Shown: one piece after another, positions 1 to 11,009 of the stretch | Layout: every line of letters starts with the position of its first letter | Numbering within the stretch: the stretch's first letter is position 1 | Source of the DNA: an uncultured Gemmatimonadales bacterium | GTDB taxonomy: Bacteria > Gemmatimonadota > Gemmatimonadetes > Gemmatimonadales > GWC2-71-9 | DNA length: 64,000 nucleotides | Assembly: GCA_963826065.1 (NCBI GenBank) | Contig: CAWGVP010000002.1 | Location: forward strand, 173,055 to 237,054 | Direction: 5' to 3' | Notes under the pieces: generated by a model | Told to the model about the DNA's origin: nothing | The model's input: only the letters and a program-made list of their open reading frames with translations | Databases searched by the model: none | Translations under genes and position numbers: made by a program

Positions 1-78
1 CCAACCCGCCATGGACTGATGCCGGGCCACCGTCTCACGCACCCGGGCGAGGCGGCCGGGCAGGTCCGGGAATTCCAT
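1..78 (-). CDS. First 26 codons of an unidentified CDS that continues past the left edge
   Basis: Minus-strand ATG at 76-78 with AAAGG a few nt upstream. The frame stays open to position 1 (MEFPDLPGRLARVRETVARHQSMAGW). Too short to name. Confidence 0.3.
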   Translation of the reverse strand, partial: MEFPDLPGRLARVRETVARHQSMAGW

Positions 79-185
79 AGCCTTTGAATTTAAGCGGATA
101 GACAGGCGCCGTGTAGGTCGCCGGGAAGCGGTGGAACCATTGTGACAGGGTGTCCGGCCAGGCCCTGACCGGACGGGGCGGGTCC

Positions 186-2537
186 TTACTCCCGAGGGAG
201 GGAGCTATCGCCCGGCGGGGCGCGCAGCAGATCCAGCAGCGCCCGCCGCAACTCGGGATTGGGAGATACCTGGACGCCGTGCTGCACCGCTCGCTCCATC
301 CGCTCGCGGTCGCCGAGAGCGTGGAAGGCGTAGGCGAGCTGGACCAGTGGCAGCGAGAGACTGGAGGCGGCGCTCGCCGAGGTAGGATCGAGCTCAGAAG
401 CCCCGCGCTCCAGCAACCCTGCATACCGGTAGGTCCGGAAGACCAGCTCCTCGGATCCGGGGAGGTCGAGCGGCGCGCCCGCAAGACGGCGGAGATCGAG
501 ATCGGGATTGGTGGTATCGGGAGCACCGGTCTGCAGCTCGAAGCCGAGGCCCCTCTGCACCAGATAGTCGCGAAGACCGGCGAACCCGCTTCCGGTGGTG
601 ACGGACCACACGATGGGCCGGCGACCGATGTTGCTCTGGACCACGCTCAGCGCCAGCAGCTCGTTGGGATACAGAATCGAGCCCTCCGTCAGCCTCCGGA
701 CCAGCGGCCCCAGCTTCACCTCTTGAGGCCGGTCCACCAGGTACCCCCGCATCGCCGTCGCGATCATGGTGTCGGACATCCCGTGGAGCGGCCAGGTCGG
801 CCGCTCTGGGATGGAGTCGCGCCAGAGGGCCGGGACCTGGGCCGGCAGCACCGGCCGTGCCGGGTTCTCGCGCAGCTGCCGCATGTACCAGTCGGTGTTC
901 GCGAGGGCAAGGCAGACCACGGTGACGTCCTGCCGGATGCCTTCCACCTCCTGGGCCCACCAGAGGGGGAAGGTGTCGTTGTCGCCGTAGGTGAAGAGGA
1001 TGCCATACGGCGGCGCGGTGTTGAGCAGGTCGTACGCGAAATCCGCGGCCAGACGCGCGTCGGGGCCGTGACGCCGGGAGGCCTTGCTCCAGTTGAGCGC
1101 GAACGGGACCAGTGCCACGAGCAGCAGCGCCGGCGCGACCTTTCGACCCCAATCCTTGCGAGCGACATCCACGGCGAAGGCGGTGGCGCCGATCCCCGCC
1201 CAGAGTCCCCAGACGATGAAGCTGACGACGAAGAAGTAGTCCCGCTCGCGGACCTCGTGATCGGCCAGGTCGGGCCACTGCGCCAGCGCGAGGCTGAAGC
1301 CCGGCCGGAAGTTCATGTAGCCCACCAGTCCCAGACCGGTGACCAGGAACACACCGAGGAGGAGCCACCAGCTGGCGCGATCGGAGCGGCGCTGCTCCCA
1401 CAGTCCGCGGAGGCCCAGCGTCAGGAACAGGATGGTGACGGGCTTCCTGGCGACCTCCGACAGGGAGCGCGCCCACTGCCAGTCGAAGTACTGGAAGTAG
1501 TTGAGGAGCTGCCAGCCCACGAGAGCGAGCGTGCGCCCGGGGTTGTCGGGCCCGTGCGGCTCGGTGGGATCGTCCAGCGGCGTGCGGGGCGGGTACTGCG
1601 CCCGGCGAATCACGGCCAGGAGGGCATCGAGGGTCGAGGGCCCCGCCTCGTTGATGATCGGATTCTGCCCCGAGCGAATGTAGACGAACGCGTAGGGTGT
1701 GACGCCCACGACCGCGATCAGCAGCGCCACCGCGGCGAAGGCCCCAGCGCCGCGCAGCGCGGCGAACAGCGCCGCGCCGAGGAAGCACGCGGCGCCGAGC
1801 GCCGTCAGCGTCGCGCTGCCGAGGCCGACGCCCACCAGCAGAGCCCAGACACCGGCGAGCACCGTCACCTGGGCCCACTCCGCGTGGCGCCGCGCCTGGT
1901 CGGGTGCCGGCTCATGGCGCAGGGTCGCCGCCAGAAACAGCAGCACGCCGGGCACCGCGAGCAGGGCGAGCAGATGGTTCCCGATCGAGATCCCGGCGAG
2001 GTACACGATGAGGAGCAGCAGGCGCGGAGCCTGCTCATTGCCCCTGCGGCCGCGCCACGACACCGCCGCCCACGCCATGGCCGCGGTGGTGAAGGTGGCG
2101 ACCGTGTACACCTCGGTCTCGTTGGAGTTCTGCCAATTGGTGAAGCTGAAGGCCCCGAGCAACGCCGCCGCGGCGGCGCCACCCAGCCGCAGCACGCGGG
2201 CCGAGTCTTCCGAAAGTCCCTCGACCACTCCCTGCATCGATCGGTGCACTACGAGGAAGAACAGCCCCGCCGCCGATGCGCTGAAGAGCGCGCTCAGCAG
2301 GTTGGTCCGATAGGCCCACTCCCCGATCGGCACCAGCTTGCCCCAGGCATGGGCGATCAGCACGAAGAGCGGGGTGCCGGGCGGATGCGGGATCCCGAGC
2401 GTGCGCGCGGCGGCGATGAACTCTCCCGCATCCCAGAACGTGACCGTCGGCGCCAGGGTGAGCAGGTACACCGCCAGGGCCGCGGCGCCGACCGCGAGCG
2501 CGGCACGGTACGGTGGACGCTCTTCCGAGACCCTCAT
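186..2537 (-). CDS. DUF2723-family polytopic membrane protein (GT-C-like, TMEM260/PMT-like putative glycosyltransferase), paralogue 1
   Basis: 783-aa ORF. The N-terminus LTLAPTVTFWDAGEFIAAARTLGIPHPPGTPLF is the family signature. Many hydrophobic segments are followed by a soluble C-terminal half. ATGA overlap with the folP stop. Confidence 0.85.
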   Translation of the reverse strand: MRVSEERPPYRAALAVGAAALAVYLLTLAPTVTFWDAGEFIAAARTLGIPHPPGTPLFVLIAHAWGKLVPIGEWAYRTNLLSALFSASAAGLFFLVVHRSMQGVVEGLSEDSARVLRLGGAAAAALLGAFSFTNWQNSNETEVYTVATFTTAAMAWAAVSWRGRRGNEQAPRLLLLIVYLAGISIGNHLLALLAVPGVLLFLAATLRHEPAPDQARRHAEWAQVTVLAGVWALLVGVGLGSATLTALGAACFLGAALFAALRGAGAFAAVALLIAVVGVTPYAFVYIRSGQNPIINEAGPSTLDALLAVIRRAQYPPRTPLDDPTEPHGPDNPGRTLALVGWQLLNYFQYFDWQWARSLSEVARKPVTILFLTLGLRGLWEQRRSDRASWWLLLGVFLVTGLGLVGYMNFRPGFSLALAQWPDLADHEVRERDYFFVVSFIVWGLWAGIGATAFAVDVARKDWGRKVAPALLLVALVPFALNWSKASRRHGPDARLAADFAYDLLNTAPPYGILFTYGDNDTFPLWWAQEVEGIRQDVTVVCLALANTDWYMRQLRENPARPVLPAQVPALWRDSIPERPTWPLHGMSDTMIATAMRGYLVDRPQEVKLGPLVRRLTEGSILYPNELLALSVVQSNIGRRPIVWSVTTGSGFAGLRDYLVQRGLGFELQTGAPDTTNPDLDLRRLAGAPLDLPGSEELVFRTYRYAGLLERGASELDPTSASAASSLSLPLVQLAYAFHALGDRERMERAVQHGVQVSPNPELRRALLDLLRAPPGDSSLPRE

Positions 2538-3711
2538 GCGCGGGGAAAGGTGTCGAGTGCCTGCGCGATGGCCAACGCTTCGCGGGCAGCGCCCACGGCG
2601 TGCACCCGGAAAAGCCGCGCCCCGCGCTCCCAGGCCAGGGCGCAGGCGGCGGCGGTGGCCCGATCGCGATCACCGACCGCCAGGCCGGTGATTTCACCGA
2701 GGAAGCGCTTACGGGAGGGGCCAACCAGGAGCGGCCGGCCCAGAGCCTGAAGGGCGGAGAGCTGGCCGAAGAGCGTGACGCTCTGCTCCACGGTCTTGGA
2801 GAACCCAAACCCCGGGTCGACCACGATGGCGTCCGGCGCGATGCCGGCATCGGTCGCCGCAGCCAGCGTCTCCCGCAGCTCGGCGAGGACGCCGGCGACG
2901 ACGTCGCCGCCATAGTCGGCGTGCTGGTACGACGCGATCTCGAGCAGCCCTCCCCGAGAGTGCATCAGAATCGCCCCGGCGCCCGCGCCGGCCACGACGC
3001 CCGCCATCCCCGGGTCAAAACGGAACCCGGTCACGTCGTTCACCACCGCCGCGCCGGCCTCGAGCGCCGCGGTGGCCACCACCGCCTTCACCGTGTCGAT
3101 CGATATGACGAGCTCGGGGTGGGCCCGCGCCAGCGCCTCGACGACGGGCCGGACACGAAGCAGTTCCTCTTCGGTGGAGACCAGCTCCGAGCGGCCCGGC
3201 CGGGTGGATTCTCCGCCGACGTCGATGATCGTGGCGCCGTCCCCGAGCAGCGCCTCCGCATGAACCAGCGCCGCGTCGACGTCGGTGTAGCGGCCGCCAT
3301 CGCTGAAGCTGTCGGGGGTGACGTTGAGGATGCCGACGAGGGTCGGCCGGTCGAGCGGAACGGGACCCCGTGCCGTATGCCAGGCGGGGCCCGGATCGGA
3401 TGGCATGGCGAGCCCGACCTGAAGCGCCACGTCCAGCAGTTGCTCCGGCGCGGTCCAGGGCCGGGCGAAGGCGCTCAGGCGCGAGCGGCTGCCCGCGAGG
3501 ATCGCCCAGTCACCGCCGGTGACCACCTCGAGGCCGATGCCGCCGCCGAACCGGACCAGGGCCTCCAGCGCGCCCTGGTCGAGTCCGGTCAGATGAAAGG
3601 CGAGGGGATGAATTCCGCCGGCGGAGGCGCGGGCGAGCCCGTCCTCCCACCCGTGGGAGCGCAACGCGTCCTGCACGGCCCCCGGCGAGTGGAGCGCCAG
3701 CGGCGTGACAT

Positions 3712-3715
<4 letters not shown>
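2534..3715 (-). CDS. folP: Dihydropteroate synthase with a ~120-aa N-terminal extension
   Basis: GILNVTPDSFSDGG pterin-binding motif and colinear DHPS-like sequence from about residue 125. GTG start overlaps the ftsH stop (GTGA). Confidence 0.9.
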
Positions 3716-5697
<1,982 letters not shown>

Positions 5698-6252
5698 TTA
5701 TTCCAAGTCCGCGATGAACGGGAGATGTCGGTAGTTCTCGGCGTGGTCGAGTCCGTACCCCACCAGGAACGCCGGCGGAGCCTGGAACCCGACGAACCTG
5801 AGCTCCGGCCGCGGCACCGCCGCCAAGTGCTTGTCCAGCAGGGCGCAGATGGCGAGGCTGCCAGGCTTCCGCTCGGCCAGCACCCCCATCAGACGCTGAA
5901 GCGTCTTCCCCGTATCAATAATATCCTCTACCAGCAGGATATGTTTGCCCTCCAGGCGGGTTTCGGGGTCGTAGAGGAGCCGGACGGTCCCGCTGGAGAC
6001 CTTCCCGTCGCCGTAGGAGCTGGCCACGAGAAAATCGACCTGGACCGGCCGCTCGATGGTCCGCACCAGATCGCTGAGAAAGATGAAGCTGCCTTTGAGG
6101 AGCCCGAGCAGGAGCAGCTCACCATCGGGATACGCCCGGGTGATCTCCTCGCCCAACTCCCGGACCCGGGCCGCGATCGTGGCCTCGTCATAGACGATGG
6201 ACTTGACCGGTTTGCCGCCGGTCCGCCGCAGCACCTCAGGCGTGCTCAACAT
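5698..6252 (-). CDS. hpt: Hypoxanthine(-guanine) phosphoribosyltransferase
   Basis: PRPP-binding motif ILLVEDIIDTGKT. Start taken at MLSTPEVL (residue 102 of the 285-aa ORF 5698..6555). The upstream part of that ORF looks non-coding. Confidence 0.9.
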   Translation of the reverse strand: MLSTPEVLRRTGGKPVKSIVYDEATIAARVRELGEEITRAYPDGELLLLGLLKGSFIFLSDLVRTIERPVQVDFLVASSYGDGKVSSGTVRLLYDPETRLEGKHILLVEDIIDTGKTLQRLMGVLAERKPGSLAICALLDKHLAAVPRPELRFVGFQAPPAFLVGYGLDHAENYRHLPFIADLE

Positions 6253-7555
6253 CGACACGAAGGGCCTCCGCTCCAGCGGGTGGCACGAGAGCGTCCGACC
6301 GGCAGACGCCGGGGACCCAGACCACCAGGTCCCGCGCGGTAAGCACCGGCCAGGAAGTCCGGCTGCGCCGCGGGACGCGGGCGTCCTGAAAGCAGCGGAC
6401 GACCAGCCTGCGTCCGGCGCCGGCGAGCGGACGGACCTTGTCTCCCTGCGCCCATGGGCGAACCACCAGCCCGTCGACAGCGAACCAGGCGGTGCGCGCG
6501 GCGCGCTGTTGCCTGTCGGGCGCAGCGTCCGACCGCCAGGTGATCCGCCATTCACCCCAGATCCGCTGGCCGCTTCCGCCCTCGAGCGCCAACGCCTCTG
6601 CGGCGGGCGGCTGTACTCCTCTGACGATCAGAACGCGGTCGAATGCCAGCTCGGCACGCCACCCACCGCCCAGCGGCACTTCCCGGCCGCTCGGACCGGA
6701 GCCGATCAGGTGCAGCACGCGCGCGGCGCGCCGCGAGCCGATGGCAAGTCCAGCGCGACGCGCCGCGGCCATCACAACGGTGTGGGCCAGGGCTGAATCA
6801 TAGGTCCTGAGAGGGGCTGCAGCAACGGAAATTCCACCGCGCTCGGCCCGCGGATCGAGGCCCGGAAGGTGATCGATGACATGGCCCCATGCCTCCCTTT
6901 CCCGGGCAGCGTGGGACCCCAACCGGCGAAGCCTCGCGTCCACGTCCGGCAGGCGCGTCCGGATGGAGGGGAGGAGATCGCAGCGGATCCATGATCGAAG
7001 ATGTACGGGATCGCTGTTGGCCGGATCCACCCAGACCGGAAGCCCCCGCTCCCGCGCGTATCTCGCGAGCTCCACTCTTCGAAAGCGAAGCAGCGGCCGC
7101 ACCAGCGGGCCGCTCACCGGCCCCATGCCGGAAAGCCCACCCGGACCCGATCCCTCCAAGGCGCGCATGAGCACGGTCTCCGCCTGATCGTCGGCGTGGT
7201 GCGCGGTGAAGATGACCGCGGCATCGACCCGATCCCGCAGGTCGAGCAGCCAGGCGTAGCGCGCCTCGCGGGCCGAAGTCTCCCCCGAGCCCGCGCCGAG
7301 AGCGAGCCGGCCGATCTCGCAGCGAAGACCCAGCCCGGCCGCGAACGCCGCGACCTGTGCGGCCACCGATCCGCTGTCAGGGTGAATGCCGTGGTCGGCG
7401 TGAGCCACCACGAGCTCGCGGCCGGGCGTCGCGGTTCGGTGAAGCAGATCGAGCAGGACGATCGAGTCGAGGCCACCGGAAACGGCAACCAACGCCGGTC
7501 CGGCGGGCAAAGCCAGCGAGGCGAGATGGGCGAGAAATACGTCGTGGAGGTCCAT
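6236..7555 (-). CDS. tilS: tRNA(Ile)-lysidine synthetase
   Basis: PP-loop VAVSGGLDS near the N-terminus and a TilS-like C-terminal domain. Start at MDLHDVF (residue 312 of ORF 6236..8488). 17-nt overlap with the hpt start. Confidence 0.9.
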   Translation of the reverse strand: MDLHDVFLAHLASLALPAGPALVAVSGGLDSIVLLDLLHRTATPGRELVVAHADHGIHPDSGSVAAQVAAFAAGLGLRCEIGRLALGAGSGETSAREARYAWLLDLRDRVDAAVIFTAHHADDQAETVLMRALEGSGPGGLSGMGPVSGPLVRPLLRFRRVELARYARERGLPVWVDPANSDPVHLRSWIRCDLLPSIRTRLPDVDARLRRLGSHAAREREAWGHVIDHLPGLDPRAERGGISVAAAPLRTYDSALAHTVVMAAARRAGLAIGSRRAARVLHLIGSGPSGREVPLGGGWRAELAFDRVLIVRGVQPPAAEALALEGGSGQRIWGEWRITWRSDAAPDRQQRAARTAWFAVDGLVVRPWAQGDKVRPLAGAGRRLVVRCFQDARVPRRSRTSWPVLTARDLVVWVPGVCRSDALVPPAGAEALRVDVEHA

Positions 7556-7591
7556 TCGTGAAGAAAGGTAACCCGTTGACACGACTGGCGG

Positions 7592-9748
7592 ATGACCGAT
7601 GTTTGGCGGATGAGCGAAGCCCACGAGTTTCTCCGCACTCTGGTCCTGGTCCTGGGGGTCGCCGCTCTGGCGACGATCATCTTCCAGCGGCTGCGCCAAC
7701 CGGTCGTGTTCGGCTACCTCGCGGCCGGCATGATCCTGGGTCCGCACGTTCCCATCCCGCTCGTCGCCGACGAGGGAATGGTGCGGGTGCTCTCCGAGCT
7801 CGGCGTGATCCTCCTCATGTTCGCACTCGGGCTCGAGTTCAGCCTGCGGAAGCTGCTCGCGGTGGGGCCGACGGCGTCGGTGATCGCCGCGCTCCAGACG
7901 AGCGCGATGGTCGCGATCGGCTACCTGGCCGGACGGCTCTTCGGCTGGACCATCCTGGAGAGCGTCTACGCGGGGGCGATCATCGCCATCTCCAGCACCA
8001 CGATCATCGTCAAGGCCTTCGCCGAGCAGCGCATCCGGGAGCGGTTCGCGCAGATCGTGTTCGGCGTTCTGATCATGGAGGATCTGATCGCGATCTTCCT
8101 GCTCGCCGTGCTCACCGCGATCTCCGCGAGCGGGGGCATCTCCGCCGGCGACCTGGCCACCACGGCGGGCCGGCTGGGTGCGTTCCTGCTCGGGTTGCTG
8201 GTGGTGGGACTGCTGACGATTCCGCGGCTGATGCGGGCCGTCGTGCGGCTCAACCGCCCGGAGACCACGATCGTCACCGCGATGGCGATCTGCTTCGCAA
8301 TCGCCTACCTCGCGCTGATGTTCAACTACTCCGTCGCGCTGGGCGCGTTCCTGGCCGGCTCCCTGGTGGCCGAGTCGGGTGAAGAGCGGATCATCGAGGC
8401 CCTGGTACAGCCGCTCAGGGACATGTTCGCCGCCATCTTCTTCGTCGCCGTCGGCATGCTGATCGATCCGCGGCTCATCGCGGAGCATTGGGTGGCGGTG
8501 GCGGTGTTCACCGTGCTGGTGATCGCGGGCAAGATCGTCTTCGTCAGCGCCGGCGCGTTTCTCGCCGGCTACGGCACCCGCACCTCGGTGCAGACCGGGA
8601 TGAGCCTGGCCCAGATCGGCGAGTTCTCCTTCATCATCGCCGGCATCGGACTGGCCAGCGGCGCCACCGGCGACTTTCTCTATCCCGTGGCAGTCGCGGT
8701 CTCGGCGATCACGACGCTGACCACGCCGTGGCTGATTCGGGCCGCGGGGCCGGTCGCCTCATGGGTGGATCGCAAGCTGCCCCCGCCGATCCAGACCTTC
8801 GCCGGACTCTACGGGTCGTGGATGGCGAGCCTGCGGAGCAGTCCGACCGACCGGACACGCCGGTCACGGGAACGGCGGCTCGCCTCGCTGCTGGTGCTCG
8901 ACGCGGTGCTGCTCGGCGCTATCGCGGTCGGTGTCGCGCTCGCGCTGACCGCTGCCGTGGCTGCGCTCTCCCGGATGACGGACCTCTCGCCGGAGGCGGC
9001 CCGCTTCGCCGTCCTGCTGGGAGCCGCCGCGCTCGCCACACCGCTGGCGATCGGCCTGGTGCGGTCGGCCCGCGGGCTGGGGCAAGCCATCGCGCTGCGC
9101 GCGCTTCCCGCGCCGACTCGCGGCGTGGACCTCGGGGCCGCCCCGCGACGCGCGTTCCTGGTCACCTGGCAGCTGGTGATGGTCGCCATGGTCGGGGTGC
9201 CGCTGGTGGCGCTGACCGAGCCGTTCCTCCCCAATCACCTGGGAACCGCGATCTTCTTCGTCGCGCTGCTCGTGCTCGGGATCGCCTTCTGGCGCAGCGC
9301 CACCAATCTCCAGGGTCACACCCGGGCGGGCGCGGAAGTGATCGTCGCGGCATTGGCCAAGCAAATGGCGGGAAGCACCGAGGATCCCCTGGCACCCACG
9401 GCGCACCGTCGGCGGGCCAGCGACAGCGGCGGTCTTCCGGTCACTCTAGCGGACGAACCGGAGCCGGTGCGCACGCTGGCGGGGATCTACGACCTGATCC
9501 CGGGGCTGGGCCGTCCGGTCTCGGTCGAGATCACACCCGAGTACTACGCGGTGGGTCGCTCACTGTCCGAGCTCGATCTCCGCGACACCACGGACGCGAC
9601 GGTGCTGGTGATCGTGCGGCCGGAGGGACCCGTGATTCTCCCGGTGGGCAAGGAAGTATTGATTGTGGGGGACGTGCTGGCGCTCGCAGGCGCCGAGGAG
9701 GCGGTGGACAAGGCGAGGATGGTGCTCCGCTCCGGACCAGCGACGTGA
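7592..9748 (+). CDS. Kef-type cation/proton antiporter (CPA2) with C-terminal RCK_C/TrkA-C domain
   Basis: 718 aa, about 12 TM segments with a Na_H-exchanger-like N-terminus (FGYLAAGMILGP). C-terminal GRSLSELDLRD...VLVIVR...GDVLALAG resembles TrkA-C. An alternative start at 7610 (MSEAHEF) is possible. Confidence 0.85.
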   Translation: MTDVWRMSEAHEFLRTLVLVLGVAALATIIFQRLRQPVVFGYLAAGMILGPHVPIPLVADEGMVRVLSELGVILLMFALGLEFSLRKLLAVGPTASVIAALQTSAMVAIGYLAGRLFGWTILESVYAGAIIAISSTTIIVKAFAEQRIRERFAQIVFGVLIMEDLIAIFLLAVLTAISASGGISAGDLATTAGRLGAFLLGLLVVGLLTIPRLMRAVVRLNRPETTIVTAMAICFAIAYLALMFNYSVALGAFLAGSLVAESGEERIIEALVQPLRDMFAAIFFVAVGMLIDPRLIAEHWVAVAVFTVLVIAGKIVFVSAGAFLAGYGTRTSVQTGMSLAQIGEFSFIIAGIGLASGATGDFLYPVAVAVSAITTLTTPWLIRAAGPVASWVDRKLPPPIQTFAGLYGSWMASLRSSPTDRTRRSRERRLASLLVLDAVLLGAIAVGVALALTAAVAALSRMTDLSPEAARFAVLLGAAALATPLAIGLVRSARGLGQAIALRALPAPTRGVDLGAAPRRAFLVTWQLVMVAMVGVPLVALTEPFLPNHLGTAIFFVALLVLGIAFWRSATNLQGHTRAGAEVIVAALAKQMAGSTEDPLAPTAHRRRASDSGGLPVTLADEPEPVRTLAGIYDLIPGLGRPVSVEITPEYYAVGRSLSELDLRDTTDATVLVIVRPEGPVILPVGKEVLIVGDVLALAGAEEAVDKARMVLRSGPAT

Positions 9749-9762
9749 CAACCCTCATGTTT

Positions 9763-9972
9763 TCAGGAGACGTCTCGCACCTCGAGGTCCTCCCGCTGAA
9801 CCCTGGTGATGCCGTGCGAGGTCCTCAGCCACACGTACGCGGAATGGTTGCCTTGGGCCGTGTGCAGAGGGTACCAGAGGTCAGGAAGCACCGTGGGATA
9901 GAAGCCCAGCCAGCCGGGCCGGAGCCGCGCCTGGGGTGCGACGCGGGATTTTCTGCGCTCGGGTCGCTCCAT
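9763..9972 (-). CDS. Hypothetical 69-aa protein
   Basis: ATG preceded by GAAGGGGAAAAC (good RBS spacing). No family recognised. Could be spurious. Confidence 0.3.
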   Translation of the reverse strand: MERPERRKSRVAPQARLRPGWLGFYPTVLPDLWYPLHTAQGNHSAYVWLRTSHGITRVQREDLEVRDVS

Positions 9973-10104
9973 GTTTTCCCCTTCTCAACGTTTCCACCTG
10001 CTCGACCTGCGGTCGGAGGTCACATTTCCGACCGCAGGGCCGCCCGCTCGTCTGTGATCAAATAAGAGAACCGCCCGAAGCGCGCCAGCACGAAGAGGTC
10101 CGGC

Positions 10105-10133
10105 TTGACAGGTTGGCCTGGAGGGACTATATA
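10105..10133 (+). promoter_or_regulatory. Sigma70-type promoter of the ArsR-family operon
   Basis: TTGACA (10105-10110), 17-nt spacer, TATATA (10128-10133), about 48 nt upstream of the ATG at 10181. Confidence 0.6.
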
Positions 10134-10160
10134 ACCGCTAGGTTATATAACCGCACGGTT
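10128..10160. promoter_or_regulatory. Operator-like inverted and direct repeats overlapping the -10 element
   Basis: Perfect 9-4-9 palindrome TATATAACC-GCTA-GGTTATATA (10128-10149). The 11-mer TATATAACCGC is present twice (10128-10138 and 10144-10154). AACCG-CA-CGGTT follows at 10149-10160. Confidence 0.6.
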
Positions 10161-10180
10161 TCCGCTCCACCGGACGATCC

Positions 10181-10537
10181 ATGCAGGCAGCCCCCGACAA
10201 ACTCAGCGTCACCTTCTTCGCCCTCGCGGACCCCACCCGCCGCGCCATTCTCATCCGGCTCGCCCGCGGCGCGGCGACGGTCAAGGAGCTCGCCGCCCCG
10301 TTCGAGATGAGCGGGCCTGCGGTCTCCAAGCACCTGCGGGTGCTTGAGCGCGCCGGGCTGGTGTCGCGTGGACGGCGGGCCCAATGGCGCCCCCGTACGC
10401 TGGATGCCGCCCCGCTGAAGGAGGTCGCCGAGTGGGCTGGCGAGTTCCGGCGGTTCTGGGATGGGAGTTACCGGCGGTTGGACGCGTATCTCCACCACTT
10501 ACAGCATCCGGAGGAACACGATGGCGGCCACGCTTAG
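10181..10537 (+). CDS. ArsR/SmtB-family winged-helix transcriptional regulator
   Basis: FFALADPTRRAILIRLARGAATVKELAAPFEMSGPAVSKHLRVLERAGLV is a typical HTH_20/ArsR core. Confidence 0.9.
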   Translation: MQAAPDKLSVTFFALADPTRRAILIRLARGAATVKELAAPFEMSGPAVSKHLRVLERAGLVSRGRRAQWRPRTLDAAPLKEVAEWAGEFRRFWDGSYRRLDAYLHHLQHPEEHDGGHA

Positions 10538-11009
10538 CCCGGGCGTCACTTCCTACACCACGCCCACCGACCGTGAGGTCCGGATCACGCGCGTCGTGGA
10601 TGCGCCCCGGCATCTCGTCTTCGAGGCATGGACCGAGCCCCGGCACCTGACACGGTGGTTCCTCGGGCCCGAGGGCTGGACGATGCCGGTCTGTGAGATC
10701 GACCTGCGGGCGGGAGGGTCCTGGCACTACGTCTGGCGCAAGTCCAACGGCACCGAGATGGCGATGTCGGGCGCCGTTCTCGAGGTGATTGCGCCCGAGC
10801 GGATGGTGACCACCGAGCGTTGGGGGCCGGAGTGGCCGGAGACCATCAACACCGTGGTCTTCACCGAGTCGGGCCCGCGGACCACCATCACCCTGACCAT
10901 CCTCTACCCCTCGAAGGCGGCACGCGACGCGGCGCTCGCGACCGGAATGAAGGATGGAACCGAGTACAGTTTTGCCCGGCTGGATGCGCTCCTGCGGGCG
11001 ATGCGGTGA
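10521..11009 (+). CDS. SRPBCC-superfamily protein (Aha1/AHSA1-like domain)
   Basis: Start at MAATLSPGV (residue 21 of ORF 10461..11009), overlapping the arsR-like stop. The pattern REVRITRVVDAPRHLVFEAWTEP..L..W and the common ArsR+SRPBCC pairing support the call. Confidence 0.8.
   Translation: MAATLSPGVTSYTTPTDREVRITRVVDAPRHLVFEAWTEPRHLTRWFLGPEGWTMPVCEIDLRAGGSWHYVWRKSNGTEMAMSGAVLEVIAPERMVTTERWGPEWPETINTVVFTESGPRTTITLTILYPSKAARDAALATGMKDGTEYSFARLDALLRAMR

Noticed and set aside
150-2750. Very long ORFs antisense to real genes, for example 150..2750 (866 aa), 3928..6342 (804 aa), 24840..27212 (790 aa), 35322..37109, 45982..48420 (812 aa) and 49414..51507.
   Set aside because: Their translations are Arg/Gly/Pro/Asp-rich with no recognisable motifs. 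They exactly shadow well-supported genes on the other strand. This is the expected consequence of stop-codon scarcity at about 70 % GC.
6236-8488. A 750-aa ORF that might have been a large TilS fusion protein. The 722-aa ORF 30477..32645, the 911-aa ORF 35109..37844 and the 1057-aa ORF 37334..40507 raise the same question.
   Set aside because: Only the 3' parts carry protein-like sequence. The 5' parts are antisense or out-of-frame read-through of neighbouring genes. Internal starts with an RBS or 4-nt coupling give normal-length TilS, Leu-type dehydrogenase, ThrS and ValS.
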